A DNA stretch of 64,000 bases from an uncultured Phycisphaerales bacterium (GTDB lineage: Bacteria > Planctomycetota > B15-G4 > CAYZWU01), in assembly GCA_964620445.1 (NCBI GenBank), contig CAZUHB010000013.1, positions 5,077-69,076 of the forward strand, in the 5' to 3' direction. Made by a program: the position numbers and the translations under genes. Under the pieces are notes generated by a model. It was not told the origin of the DNA. It worked only from the letters and a program-made list of their open reading frames with translations, and made no database searches. This document shows, piece after piece, positions 9,946 to 18,787 of this stretch; the first letter of the stretch is position 1; each line of letters begins with the position of its first letter.

Positions 9946-10506
9946 TTATTCTGATCGCGAAAGTTTCTCCAGTGCCGCCTTGTACGTTTCGAGATCGCTC
10001 TCCGAGAAAAGAACGAACCTGATCGACCGAAAGGTGTGGTCATTGGCGAGCAGAAAATCCTTCACGGCCCGGAGAGCCACCGACGCGGCCTGGTCCACGG
10101 GGTACCGGTAGGCTCCGGTGGAGATCGACGGAAAGGCCACTGACCGGAGACGCTTCTCCATGGCATGGGCGAGCGAATTCCTGTAACAGGAAGCCAGGTC
10201 TTCACTGTCCGCTTCCCGCCCCCCAGACCAGATGGGCCCGACCGTGTGAATCACGTACCGCGCGCCGAGGTTGCCGCCCGTCGTGATCACTGCCTGGCCG
10301 GTGGGAAGGCCGTCGGGAAGGTTCTCGCGGATCGCGCGGCATTCGGCCAGAATCGCGCTGCCGCCGACGCGATGGATCGCTCCGTCCACGCCCCCCCCGC
10401 CGAGAAGGCTCGAGTTCGCGGCATTCACGATCGCATCCGATCGATCACGTGTGAGATCTCCCCGGACGAGTTCGATCGTCGCGCCGCCGATTTCCAAACG
10501 CGCCAT
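9946..10506 (-). CDS. Macro-domain protein (O-acetyl-ADP-ribose deacetylase, YmdB/MacroD-like)
   Basis: IELVRGDLTRDRSDAIVNAANSSLLGGGGVDGAIHR matches the macro-domain core; GGAGGA RBS ahead of the ATG at 10506. Confidence 0.8.
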   Translation of the reverse strand: MARLEIGGATIELVRGDLTRDRSDAIVNAANSSLLGGGGVDGAIHRVGGSAILAECRAIRENLPDGLPTGQAVITTGGNLGARYVIHTVGPIWSGGREADSEDLASCYRNSLAHAMEKRLRSVAFPSISTGAYRYPVDQAASVALRAVKDFLLANDHTFRSIRFVLFSESDLETYKAALEKLSRSE

Positions 10507-10523
10507 TCGGTCCTCCTCGAATC

Positions 10524-11885
10524 CTAGAGCGGTTTGTGGCCTTGCGCCCCGTCGCGCGCGCGGTCCTTTCCGCGGAGGGCGATCTTGATCGGCACTTCCT
10601 TGAAGGGGAGGGCTTCGCGAAACCGATTGCCCAGGTAGCGGCGATAATCGCGGTTGAAGAGCCGGATATCGTTCACGAACACGACAATCGTCGGTGGCCG
10701 TATATCGACTTGCATGCCGAAATAGATCTTGGCGAGCCGCGACTTGCGCAGCTGCGGCGCGCGCCGGGCCACGGCTTGCTCGAGGACCTTGTTGATCTGC
10801 GCCGTGTTCACGCGCATCGAGGCCTGGTCGTGCATTTCGGCCACGAGCTCGAAGGTCGACTCGATGTTGACGCTCTCCTTCGACGAGATGAAGGAGAGTG
10901 GCATGTAGTGGAATCCCCGCAGCCGGTCGTTGATATATTCCTCGTACTCGCCCGTGGTATGGCCCTCGGTCAGGTCCCATTTCGACACGGTCAGGACGCA
11001 AGGCTTGTAGCTCGAGATCACGAGGTCGGCGATCTTCTTGTCCACCGTGGCGATTTCGCGCGTCACGTCGAGCATGAGGATCACCACATCGGCGCGGCGG
11101 ATCGACCGTTCGGCGCGCGCCTGCCCGTAGAAATCGACCGAATCCTGTATCGCCCTCTTGCGCCGGAGCCCGGCCGTGTCGATGACAACGTAATCGCGCC
11201 CGCCGATCCGGAAGGCCACGTCGACCGAATCGCGCGTGGTGCCCGGTAGATCGGAAACGATGACGCGCTCCTCGCCGGCCAGGTAATTCACCAGCGTCGA
11301 CTTGCCCGCGTTCATCCGCCCCACCACGGCGACCTTGACCGGTTTATCGTCGCTGTCGGTCGGATCGACGTCCTCGGCCTCGGGAACGGGCATGAGGTCG
11401 TAGATCCTGTCGATGGCCGAAAACACACCCCGTCTCTCGGCAGCCGACACGGGAAGCGGTTCGCCGAATCCGAGCGAGTGAAATCCGTGGCGCAATTCCT
11501 CGAGCTGCGGCGTATCGGCCTTGTTGGCCACGAGCACCACCGGTTTGCGGCTCTTTCTGAGAAGGGCGGCCACATTCTCGTCGAGCAGTGTGCGCCCCTC
11601 GCGCACGTCGACCACGAAGATCAGCGCGTCGGCCAGGTCTATCGCCAGGGCGATCTGTTCCTCGATCTCGCCCTTGAGCAGGGTCTGATCGAAGAGGCCG
11701 ATCCCGCCCGTATCGATCAGTTCGAAGGTGCGCGCCGAATAGGTCAACTCGGCCGATATCCTGTCGCGCGTCACCCCGGCCGTGGGATCGACGATCGAGA
11801 CCCGCTTGCCGATCATGGCGTTGAAAAGTGATGATTTGCCGACATTGGGCCGGCCGACGATTGCGATAACGGGGACTTGGGGCAT
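10524..11885 (-). CDS. der: Ribosome-biogenesis GTPase Der (EngA), two GTP-binding domains plus KH-like domain
   Basis: Two G-domains (GRPNVGKSSLFN and GRMNAGKSTLVN) and a C-terminal KH-like region. Confidence 0.9.
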   Translation of the reverse strand: MPQVPVIAIVGRPNVGKSSLFNAMIGKRVSIVDPTAGVTRDRISAELTYSARTFELIDTGGIGLFDQTLLKGEIEEQIALAIDLADALIFVVDVREGRTLLDENVAALLRKSRKPVVLVANKADTPQLEELRHGFHSLGFGEPLPVSAAERRGVFSAIDRIYDLMPVPEAEDVDPTDSDDKPVKVAVVGRMNAGKSTLVNYLAGEERVIVSDLPGTTRDSVDVAFRIGGRDYVVIDTAGLRRKRAIQDSVDFYGQARAERSIRRADVVILMLDVTREIATVDKKIADLVISSYKPCVLTVSKWDLTEGHTTGEYEEYINDRLRGFHYMPLSFISSKESVNIESTFELVAEMHDQASMRVNTAQINKVLEQAVARRAPQLRKSRLAKIYFGMQVDIRPPTIVVFVNDIRLFNRDYRRYLGNRFREALPFKEVPIKIALRGKDRARDGAQGHKPL

Positions 11886-11890
11886 GTTGC

Positions 11891-12646
11891 TCAACTCAGT
11901 GACAAAGATTTGTGAATCTGGGGCAGGACACGCACATCGCGATGAACCTCCCTGACCGCTCCCCAGAGATCGAGAAGGTAGGCGCCTCCCCAGATCCTGC
12001 CCTCGCGCGTCACCGGTTGCAGGAAGAGGGGTGCATCGGGATCGACCGCTGCCACGGCGCGGGCGGCTTCGAGAGCCTCCCGATGCGGGGTGCGGGTGTC
12101 GACGATCAGCTTGACATAGAAACGATACCCCTTGAGAGCATCGAGAAATCTTTCGTGTTCGAATCGAATTCCGTGAAGTCCCGACGTCGACGGCAGCTTG
12201 AAATCCATCGAGATCAGATCGACCTGGTTGATCACCCTCTGAAGGGCTTTCCAGTGAAGCCCGGCCGTCTCCAGAAGAATGGGCCACTGGGGATATGCCT
12301 CTTTGAGCACGGTCACAAGGGACTCGACGAAATCGACCTGCTCGAGCGGTTCTCCGCCGGTGATCGCGAAGGAGTGGGCGCCCGGCCTGCGCTTCATCTC
12401 CTTTTCGAGGATCTGTACGACCGTGGAAACCGGAAGGGGTTCGTTGTAGAGCGTCGACCCGAGATCGCGCTGCACATCGGAGTGGCTGAAAAAAGCTCCC
12501 GGTGTGTCGCAGAACCGGCAGCCGATGGAGCATCCTCTGAGCCGCACGAAATATTGCATGCGGCCCGCCCAGAGACCTTCTCCCTGGATGGAATGGAAGA
12601 TCTCTTGGATGTAGCCGGTTTTGACGCTGTCTGAAGCCCCAACCAT
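11891..12646 (-). CDS. queE: 7-carboxy-7-deazaguanine synthase QueE (radical SAM)
   Basis: YFVRLRGCSIGCRFCDT is the QueE-type CxxxCxxC-like cluster; length 251 aa. Confidence 0.8.
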   Translation of the reverse strand: MVGASDSVKTGYIQEIFHSIQGEGLWAGRMQYFVRLRGCSIGCRFCDTPGAFFSHSDVQRDLGSTLYNEPLPVSTVVQILEKEMKRRPGAHSFAITGGEPLEQVDFVESLVTVLKEAYPQWPILLETAGLHWKALQRVINQVDLISMDFKLPSTSGLHGIRFEHERFLDALKGYRFYVKLIVDTRTPHREALEAARAVAAVDPDAPLFLQPVTREGRIWGGAYLLDLWGAVREVHRDVRVLPQIHKSLSLS

Positions 12647-12693
12647 CGATCCTGCACCCTATAGATCAAATCCCTTCCTCAAACCGCTCTCTG

Positions 12694-13860
12694 TCAGCCC
12701 TCAGCCGCTAGTGGCGCCTTTTTTTTTATCGCCCCCCCGAGTTTTTCCGCAACGCTCATCGATCGCGCAAGCTCGGACAGGATCTCCATTCCCTGCTCGA
12801 GTTTCTCGTCGGGTGCGGCGAATGAAATCCGGAAATGACTGTCCCTCGCCGAAAAGGCCGTGCCTGGAACGACGAGTACGTTCTTCTTGATCGCTTCGCT
12901 CGCGAAACCGGCCCCTTTCACACCGCGGGGCAGGCTGGGGAAGATGTAAAAGCTGCCGCCAGGACGCACGACATCGAATGAATCCTTCAGTCCATTGTAG
13001 ACGAGGTCCCTCTTGCTCCGGTAGAGATCCACCGACTCGCTCATGTCGTGATCGAGCGCGTAAAGGACCGCTTTCTGTGCAAAGGAGGGAGCGCAAACAA
13101 ATGAAAACTGCTGGAGAATCGTCATTTTGTCGAGGATCTCGGACGGTCCGGTAGCATATCCCATACGCCATCCGGGCATGCCGAATGTTTTCGAGAATCC
13201 ACCGAGGTGGATCAGCCTTTCGGGACAGAACTCGCTGATGCTGTGGAACGGCTCGTCGTAAACGAACTGCTCGTAGATCTCGTCGCTCACCACGAGCAGG
13301 TCGTGGGCGCGCGCCACGGAGGCGATCGTTTTCAGTTCCTCGGAGTCCAGGACGCTGCCTGTCGGATTGGACGGCGAGTTGATGAGGATCAGTTTCGTCT
13401 TGTCCGTGATCTTCGATTCCAGTGCGTTCCGGGTGAGACGGAAATCAGGATAGAGATCGTAGTAGACGGGCACGCCCTCGGCCAATTCCGTGAGGATCTT
13501 GTACATCACGAAATAGGGTTCCGGCAGGAGCACCTCGTCGCCCGGATTGACAAGGCTGAGGAACGAAAGGAGAAGACCGCCCGACACGCCGCTCGTGACC
13601 AGGGTCTTGTCAGGTTCGTAGCCGTACTGCTTCTTGAGCTTGTCCCTGATCCTCTCGTTCAGTTCTGGAATGCCCTGGGTTACCGTGTAGCGATTGAAAC
13701 CCTCGTTGATTGCCTTGATCGCCGCTTCCTTGATCGGCTCCGGTACATCGTAGTCTGCCTGGCCAATACTGAGATCGATCGGATCCTCCATCGATGCGAC
13801 CATTTCGAAGATTTTGCGGATCCCGCTTGCCTGAAGCCCTCGGACGCGATCGGAAAGCAT
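12694..13860 (-). CDS. Class I/II PLP aminotransferase (aspartate/aromatic aminotransferase-like)
   Basis: Start MLSDRVRGLQASGIRKIFE is the classic AAT N-terminus; PLP lysine region SFSKTFGMPGWRMGY; AGGAG RBS. Confidence 0.8.
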   Translation of the reverse strand: MLSDRVRGLQASGIRKIFEMVASMEDPIDLSIGQADYDVPEPIKEAAIKAINEGFNRYTVTQGIPELNERIRDKLKKQYGYEPDKTLVTSGVSGGLLLSFLSLVNPGDEVLLPEPYFVMYKILTELAEGVPVYYDLYPDFRLTRNALESKITDKTKLILINSPSNPTGSVLDSEELKTIASVARAHDLLVVSDEIYEQFVYDEPFHSISEFCPERLIHLGGFSKTFGMPGWRMGYATGPSEILDKMTILQQFSFVCAPSFAQKAVLYALDHDMSESVDLYRSKRDLVYNGLKDSFDVVRPGGSFYIFPSLPRGVKGAGFASEAIKKNVLVVPGTAFSARDSHFRISFAAPDEKLEQGMEILSELARSMSVAEKLGGAIKKKAPLAAEG

Positions 13861-14025
13861 CAATACTCCTTTCAGAACGGCATTTTGTGAATTCGCCCAG
13901 CCCTGGGAATTCATCCTGAAGGCCATTGACCGCTATTATATTCTATCTCTCCCGAAGAAGGCATGAGGAAATAGTACAATTAATAAGGGAAATGGTTTTC
14001 CGCCAAATGCCTCGTGGGATTTCAC

Positions 14026-14052
14026 GAAAAGAAAAACCTCTCGACCAGAGGG
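14026..14052 (-). terminator. Rho-independent terminator downstream of the small basic protein gene
   Basis: Minus-strand hairpin CCTCTGGTCGAGAGG followed by TTTTTCTTTT. Confidence 0.55.
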
Positions 14053-14098
14053 TTCGCTGAAGCAATCCTCTGAGAATCAAGAGGTTATCCGGACGTTG

Positions 14099-14272
14099 TT
14101 ATTTCTTTTTCTTGATCTTGTTTGACGTCTTCACCTTGGGGAGGCCAAAGACCGAGCGGCCCTCCTGGAACTTGCTCTCCTCCTTGAGCGCTTCGATGCG
14201 CTCGAGGCGGGTCCACACGTTTCGCGATCGTTGCAGTTTGACTTTGGATACGAGACTCTTGTGAATGGACAC
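14099..14272 (-). CDS. Small basic protein (57 aa, lysine-rich C-terminus); possibly ribosome- or nucleoid-associated
   Basis: GTG start 7 nt after GAGGT. It translates VSIHKSLVSKVKLQRSRNVWTRLERIEALKEESKFQEGRSVFGLPKVKTSNKIKKKK, has its own downstream terminator, and is in a different frame from the listed 14085..14288 ORF. Confidence 0.4.
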   Translation of the reverse strand: MSIHKSLVSKVKLQRSRNVWTRLERIEALKEESKFQEGRSVFGLPKVKTSNKIKKKK

Positions 14273-14391
14273 GGTTCTTATACCTCACTCAATCAACACC
14301 AAGACGGCTTCTGCCGGGATCGACCCGCTGACAGGACCGTTCCTGGGGTCGCGCGAAAGGTCAAGCGGTTCCGACAAACAGAACTCTTTAT

Positions 14392-15171
14392 TTATGGCAA
14401 CCTTGCAATCTTGGCCGACTTGAACGGGGCCGGATCGCCATAAGGAAAGGCCTTGTAAGCTCTCCACTGCTTGCGGAGCTTGATCAGCGCTGGGTCATTT
14501 TGTCTGTCAAAAGAACCGATTATTAAACCATACTTTTTATTTTTGGGATAACGAACTTTGGAAATTTCTTTTTCGTTGATGCCCTGTTTGACCAGCGTTC
14601 TGAAGGTTTCATCGCAGATATGCTTCTGATCCATGTTGTAGACGGCGAGGAGCACGCCCCACGATTCCGAGCCGCTGGCGGGCTTCGGCCGATCGGCCGA
14701 TTGGCCGGTGGAGGTCTCCTCATTCCGGCGACCCGCGCCGGCAGGATCCTGAAGCAAGGCCGGCGACGTGGCCTCACTCGAAAGGGACTCTGACCCGGTG
14801 CCTGGATCACCCTTGTAGTACCCGGCAAAATACCCCCCCAGAACGAGGACGGTCACGAAAAGCAGCGACGCCAGGATCTGATTCAGAGTGAGCGTCACCT
14901 TGAAATCGCCCGGGCTGCGTCTCTCTTCCCCGCGAGAGGTTCGATTTTTCCACGCCGGCGACCGCTCGGCTTTTCTCGGCGAGCGATCCGGAGTCTGCTT
15001 CTTGCGCTTTGCGGGGACGATCTTCCGGGATGGAGGACCGCTGTCCGAACTCTGTCCGATCCCGCGAAAAACCTCGAGGGGATGTTTCTTGGAAGGCGCC
15101 ATAGGATCCCTCACCACCTTTCGGTTGCTGAAGACATTCCGCTCCTGGTAACTGTGAAGGGGAACGGACAC
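14392..15171 (-). CDS. SPOR-domain membrane protein (septal peptidoglycan-binding)
   Basis: Pro/Lys-rich cytoplasmic region, one TM helix (LASLLFVTVLVLGGYFAGYY), and a C-terminal SPOR-like fold (WGVLLAVYNMDQ...YGLIIGSFD). The start may instead be M24, at 15102. Confidence 0.55.
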   Translation of the reverse strand: MSVPLHSYQERNVFSNRKVVRDPMAPSKKHPLEVFRGIGQSSDSGPPSRKIVPAKRKKQTPDRSPRKAERSPAWKNRTSRGEERRSPGDFKVTLTLNQILASLLFVTVLVLGGYFAGYYKGDPGTGSESLSSEATSPALLQDPAGAGRRNEETSTGQSADRPKPASGSESWGVLLAVYNMDQKHICDETFRTLVKQGINEKEISKVRYPKNKKYGLIIGSFDRQNDPALIKLRKQWRAYKAFPYGDPAPFKSAKIARLP

Positions 15172-15299
15172 GCCATGAAGACAACTCTATATTCTCCGGA
15201 TGGCTATGTCAACACGCGAGGCCTGCCGGAGTTGGACCGGAGAGCGGTCCGAGACGCTGTAGACACTGTGGTACGGGGGCTGGGAGTCGGGACAAAAAA

Positions 15300-15758
15300 T
15301 CAAGAAGGTGATCCGGAAAAAATCCGCGCCCACTCACGGATGTCCCTGTACTCGTAGGGAAGGCCGTGTTTCTCGTGAATCGCTCCGATCCGATCATGGA
15401 AGGCCTCGTAGATCGACGCGGCCGGTCCGTCATGAGCCGGATCGCATCCGTAGACGCGACATCCGAGAGATCTCTCCTTCCTCCGCGTGCAAAGATCGCG
15501 ATCCTGAAAGGGACAGTCCTCGCCCACGGTGAAATCGTGCGTTCCGCCGAAGAGACACCATGCCTCGAGCCAGGTGATGTATAGCCGGTGACCGGAGCGG
15601 CTGAACCGGCAGCAATCCCCATCCCCGCGGCATTCGAAGGGGAGAGCCGAAACGTGCTCGTCCACCTCGGCAAAGAGATGTTCGAGGTCGCAAAGGGCCG
15701 CATCGAGAGCGGATCGGTCCGGATATCCTGCAGAAGATCGGGAGTCCCTGGATGTCAT
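15300..15758 (-). CDS. YkgJ/UPF0153-family putative zinc- or iron-chelating protein
   Basis: CRGDGDCCRF matches the CxxCxxCC motif; the ATG overlaps the upstream kinase stop (TGATG). Confidence 0.6.
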   Translation of the reverse strand: MTSRDSRSSAGYPDRSALDAALCDLEHLFAEVDEHVSALPFECRGDGDCCRFSRSGHRLYITWLEAWCLFGGTHDFTVGEDCPFQDRDLCTRRKERSLGCRVYGCDPAHDGPAASIYEAFHDRIGAIHEKHGLPYEYRDIREWARIFSGSPS

Positions 15759-16924
15759 CAGCGCCGTCTGCCCCTGCGGCCTTTGCGCGAAAAGGGTTTC
15801 CGCTGGGGTTTGGGCTCGGACGGTTTTTTCCTGCCGTAGGGTCCCTCGAGCAGAGCGTCCTCCTGTTCGTCGCGATCGGGTCTGAAGTGGAGAGTCTTCT
15901 TCCCCTTGATTTTCTCCTCGATGTCGCGGATCAGTTCGGCCGGACTCTGGTAGCGGATGTCCCTGTCCTTGACCATCATCTTCTGGATGAAGTAGTGCAT
16001 GTGGGGCGAGACCTTCCGCCCCTTGAGCGCCGAGGGCGACAGGGAATCGAGGATCTGGCGCGCCAGGACCTCCTGATCGCTCCCTCCCTCGAAGGGCAGC
16101 TCGCCCAGAACGAGCTGGTAGAGAGTGGCACCCAGGGAATAGATGTCGCTGCGCACATCGAGGTCTTTCTGGCCGCGAGCCTGCTCCGGCGAGATGTAGT
16201 GTGCCGTTCCCAGGGTGACTTCGTCGTTCTGCCCGTCCTCGGAGCTTCCGCCGTCGAGCGTCGTGGCCAGGCCGAGATCGATCAGCTTCACCGTGTTCCG
16301 CCTGTCGATCAGGAGGTTTCCGGGCTTGATATCCCTGTGGAGTATGTTTCTGCTCGTCAGGTATTCCATGGCGCGCGTGGCCTGGAGCACGATGTAGAGG
16401 GCGGCATCCTCGTCGAAGGGAATTGTCTTCTTGATCAGGTCCTGCAGCGAATCGCCGTCGACAAACTCCATGATGAATACGTAGAATCCCTGGACCGTTC
16501 CCACGCGAAAGCCCTTGACCACGTTTTCGTGCTCCAGATCGATCAGGGTCTTGGCTTCCCTGACAAAGGCGCGCCGCACCGAGCCGACCGCGGCCTGGTC
16601 CTCTTTCAGAACCTTGACGGCCACATCACGATCGGTGGCCTTTTCGTAGTACCTGAACACGGACGACATGCCGCCTTCGCCGATCTTGGCCTTCAGCTCG
16701 TACCCGGGCATTTCGGGAACCTCTTCGCCGCCCGAAAGTCGGTAGCGGGTCAGTTTCTCCGGGGAAATCAGCTTCAGCTTCACCGCGATTTTGGAAAGGG
16801 AGAGGTTCTTGTTCCGAGCTGCCAGTTTTTCCCTGGTGTGGAGGCACCTGAGGACATCTTCTTTCTGAAGACGCCTCTTGAGGACGAGCAATCCGAAAAA
16901 CTTCATCTCCTCTTCATATGACAT
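15758..16924 (-). CDS. Serine/threonine protein kinase (Hanks type) with basic C-terminal tail
   Basis: GEGGMSSVF glycine loop, VAVK, HRDIKPGNLLI catalytic loop, DLGLAT; start MSYEEEM at 16924. Confidence 0.85.
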   Translation of the reverse strand: MSYEEEMKFFGLLVLKRRLQKEDVLRCLHTREKLAARNKNLSLSKIAVKLKLISPEKLTRYRLSGGEEVPEMPGYELKAKIGEGGMSSVFRYYEKATDRDVAVKVLKEDQAAVGSVRRAFVREAKTLIDLEHENVVKGFRVGTVQGFYVFIMEFVDGDSLQDLIKKTIPFDEDAALYIVLQATRAMEYLTSRNILHRDIKPGNLLIDRRNTVKLIDLGLATTLDGGSSEDGQNDEVTLGTAHYISPEQARGQKDLDVRSDIYSLGATLYQLVLGELPFEGGSDQEVLARQILDSLSPSALKGRKVSPHMHYFIQKMMVKDRDIRYQSPAELIRDIEEKIKGKKTLHFRPDRDEQEDALLEGPYGRKKPSEPKPQRKPFSRKGRRGRRR

Positions 16925-17352
16925 CGAATGCAATACGTCCGAAAATCGGAAAAAAGGAAGGACAACAGGAACAGCGGGCAGGAGGTGCCTGCAACCGATG
17001 AGTGCCGAAGCGCCTTGAATGAGCTCCATTCTGACATGCGAGTTGGCGCCACCGCAATGACCAGGCGACCTCCGCTCTTGTTTGATCCAGTGATACTACA
17101 GCCATGATCTCCAGTGGTCAAATCTCTTTTGGCCCCTCGTGGATCGGTTTTTGACGGTCATCTCCACTGTATCTCTATCCGGTTTTAGCCCGGCCCGCCC
17201 GATCGGTGACAGGGTCCGATAAACCGGTGGCATTCTCCAAATTTTAAGAACTTTTCCGGCTCAAGCGTTTTCGCCGTGAGGTCGAAATAGTCTGAAGTAG
17301 AGGAAAACAAAAGTGCATCTGGGACGCCTTCGGGAAAAAGGGGAAACCAGCA

Positions 17353-18729
17353 ATGAATCAGATGGACTGCCGCATGGTCCTGAAATATTGCGAGATCATT
17401 GACGAATTCATCAAGGTCCGCGTGTTCACGGATGAAGACGTATCGGAGCTGCTCCACGTCAAAACGGTACCGAACAAGAAAGCCTATCTGCAGCTCGTGA
17501 TCAACTCCAGCATCATCAACTACCACGACGAGATTTTACCCCTGTTCAAGAAATTCAACAGGGTCTACAAGCCGGAGGCTCTCGAGGAACTGCTCTATCA
17601 GATTTGCGTGGAAGTCAATCCGCACATGGAGATCCACCAGGTCGCCATTCCGTTCGAAGATCAAAGCGGTGCGATGGCGCGTCTCCATCTGATCCAGGAA
17701 AAGAAGCAGAAGAACAGCCGCGAGCTGAAAAAGAAGATTCTCCAGATCGAGAAATCGCTCGGCAAGATGATCATCGGCCAGGAAGAGGCGGTGCGGAGCG
17801 TATCGAAGGCGATCAAAAAGGCCGCCGTCGGCCTCAAGGATCCGAACAAGTCGATCGGCGTCTTCCTCCTCGTCGGACCCACCGGAACGGGCAAGACCGA
17901 GATGGCCAAGGCCGTGTCGAAGCAGCTCTACGGCGACTCGACCAAGCTCGTGCGCGTCGACTGCTCCGAGTACGCGCTTCCGCACGAGTACGCCAAGCTG
18001 ATCGGCGCCCCGCCCGGATACATCGGCCACAACGAGGGCGGCTTCCTCACCGACAGTGTGAAGGAGAAGAAAAGCTGCGTCGTTCTCTTCGACGAGATCG
18101 AGAAGGCCCACTTCAAGGTCCACAACCTCCTGCTTCAGCTCATGGACGAGGGCTACCTCACCGACAGCAAGGGGTGCCGCGTGCCCTTCGCCAACTGCAT
18201 CATCTTCCTCACCTCCAACATCGGCGTGGAAGACATCGAGAGGTACCGCAACCGGATGGGATTCGACTTCAAGAAGCGCCAGAGGCTGGACAAGCTCACC
18301 GCGAAGGAAGCGATCGGACTCGCCATGAAGAGAATCTTCCGGCCCGAGTTCATCAACAGGCTCGACGACACGATCGTCTTCAACAGCCTGACGCGCAAGG
18401 ATTGCGTCCAGATCGCCGCCAATCAGCTCAAGGAAGTGGCCTCCTATCTCAAGACGACGAAAACGACGCTCGAGTTCACGCCCAGGCTCGAAAAGTTCAT
18501 CGGCGAGGAAGGATACAGCTACGAGTTCGGCGCGAGAGAAGTGCGCCGGCTCATCCGGACACTGATCGAGAATCCCCTGTCCGAAAAGATTCTGGCCGGG
18601 GATTTCAAGACCGGCGCCACGCTGGAAGCCGATGTGCGGAGGCAAAAGATCGTTTTCTCCGAGAAGAAGAGAAAAAAGGAAACGAAGAAAACGACGAAGA
18701 AATCGAAAAACGTCAGCCTTTCCCACTGA
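17353..18729 (+). CDS. AAA+ ATPase, ClpA/ClpB D2-type single module with uncharacterised N-terminal domain
   Basis: GPTGTGKTE Walker A, VVLFDEIEKAH Walker B, sensor and D2-small domain; 130-aa N-terminal region of unknown function; Lys-rich tail. Confidence 0.75.
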   Translation: MNQMDCRMVLKYCEIIDEFIKVRVFTDEDVSELLHVKTVPNKKAYLQLVINSSIINYHDEILPLFKKFNRVYKPEALEELLYQICVEVNPHMEIHQVAIPFEDQSGAMARLHLIQEKKQKNSRELKKKILQIEKSLGKMIIGQEEAVRSVSKAIKKAAVGLKDPNKSIGVFLLVGPTGTGKTEMAKAVSKQLYGDSTKLVRVDCSEYALPHEYAKLIGAPPGYIGHNEGGFLTDSVKEKKSCVVLFDEIEKAHFKVHNLLLQLMDEGYLTDSKGCRVPFANCIIFLTSNIGVEDIERYRNRMGFDFKKRQRLDKLTAKEAIGLAMKRIFRPEFINRLDDTIVFNSLTRKDCVQIAANQLKEVASYLKTTKTTLEFTPRLEKFIGEEGYSYEFGAREVRRLIRTLIENPLSEKILAGDFKTGATLEADVRRQKIVFSEKKRKKETKKTTKKSKNVSLSH

Positions 18730-18787
18730 TCGGAAAGGCTGACAACGATCGTTGACTTGCCTCGCGGCGGTGTGTTATCTCAAGGCG

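Noticed and set aside
14085-14288. 67-aa listed ORF (MRYKNRVHSQ...)
   Set aside because: The Gln/Gly/Pro-rich product is unconvincing. The out-of-frame 57-aa basic protein on the same strand, with RBS and terminator, is preferred.
15752-16921. 389-aa plus-strand ORF
   Set aside because: Antisense to the Ser/Thr kinase gene, whose kinase motifs are unambiguous.
17200-17260. Sigma-54-type promoter (TGGCAT-n5-AAATT) upstream of the AAA+ gene
   Set aside because: The -24 GG element is present but the -12 element (TTGC) is not matched; likely chance.
17536-18726. 396-aa minus-strand ORF and the 383-aa plus-strand alternate frame
   Set aside because: They overlap the AAA+ ATPase gene, which has clear Walker motifs; these are frame artefacts.
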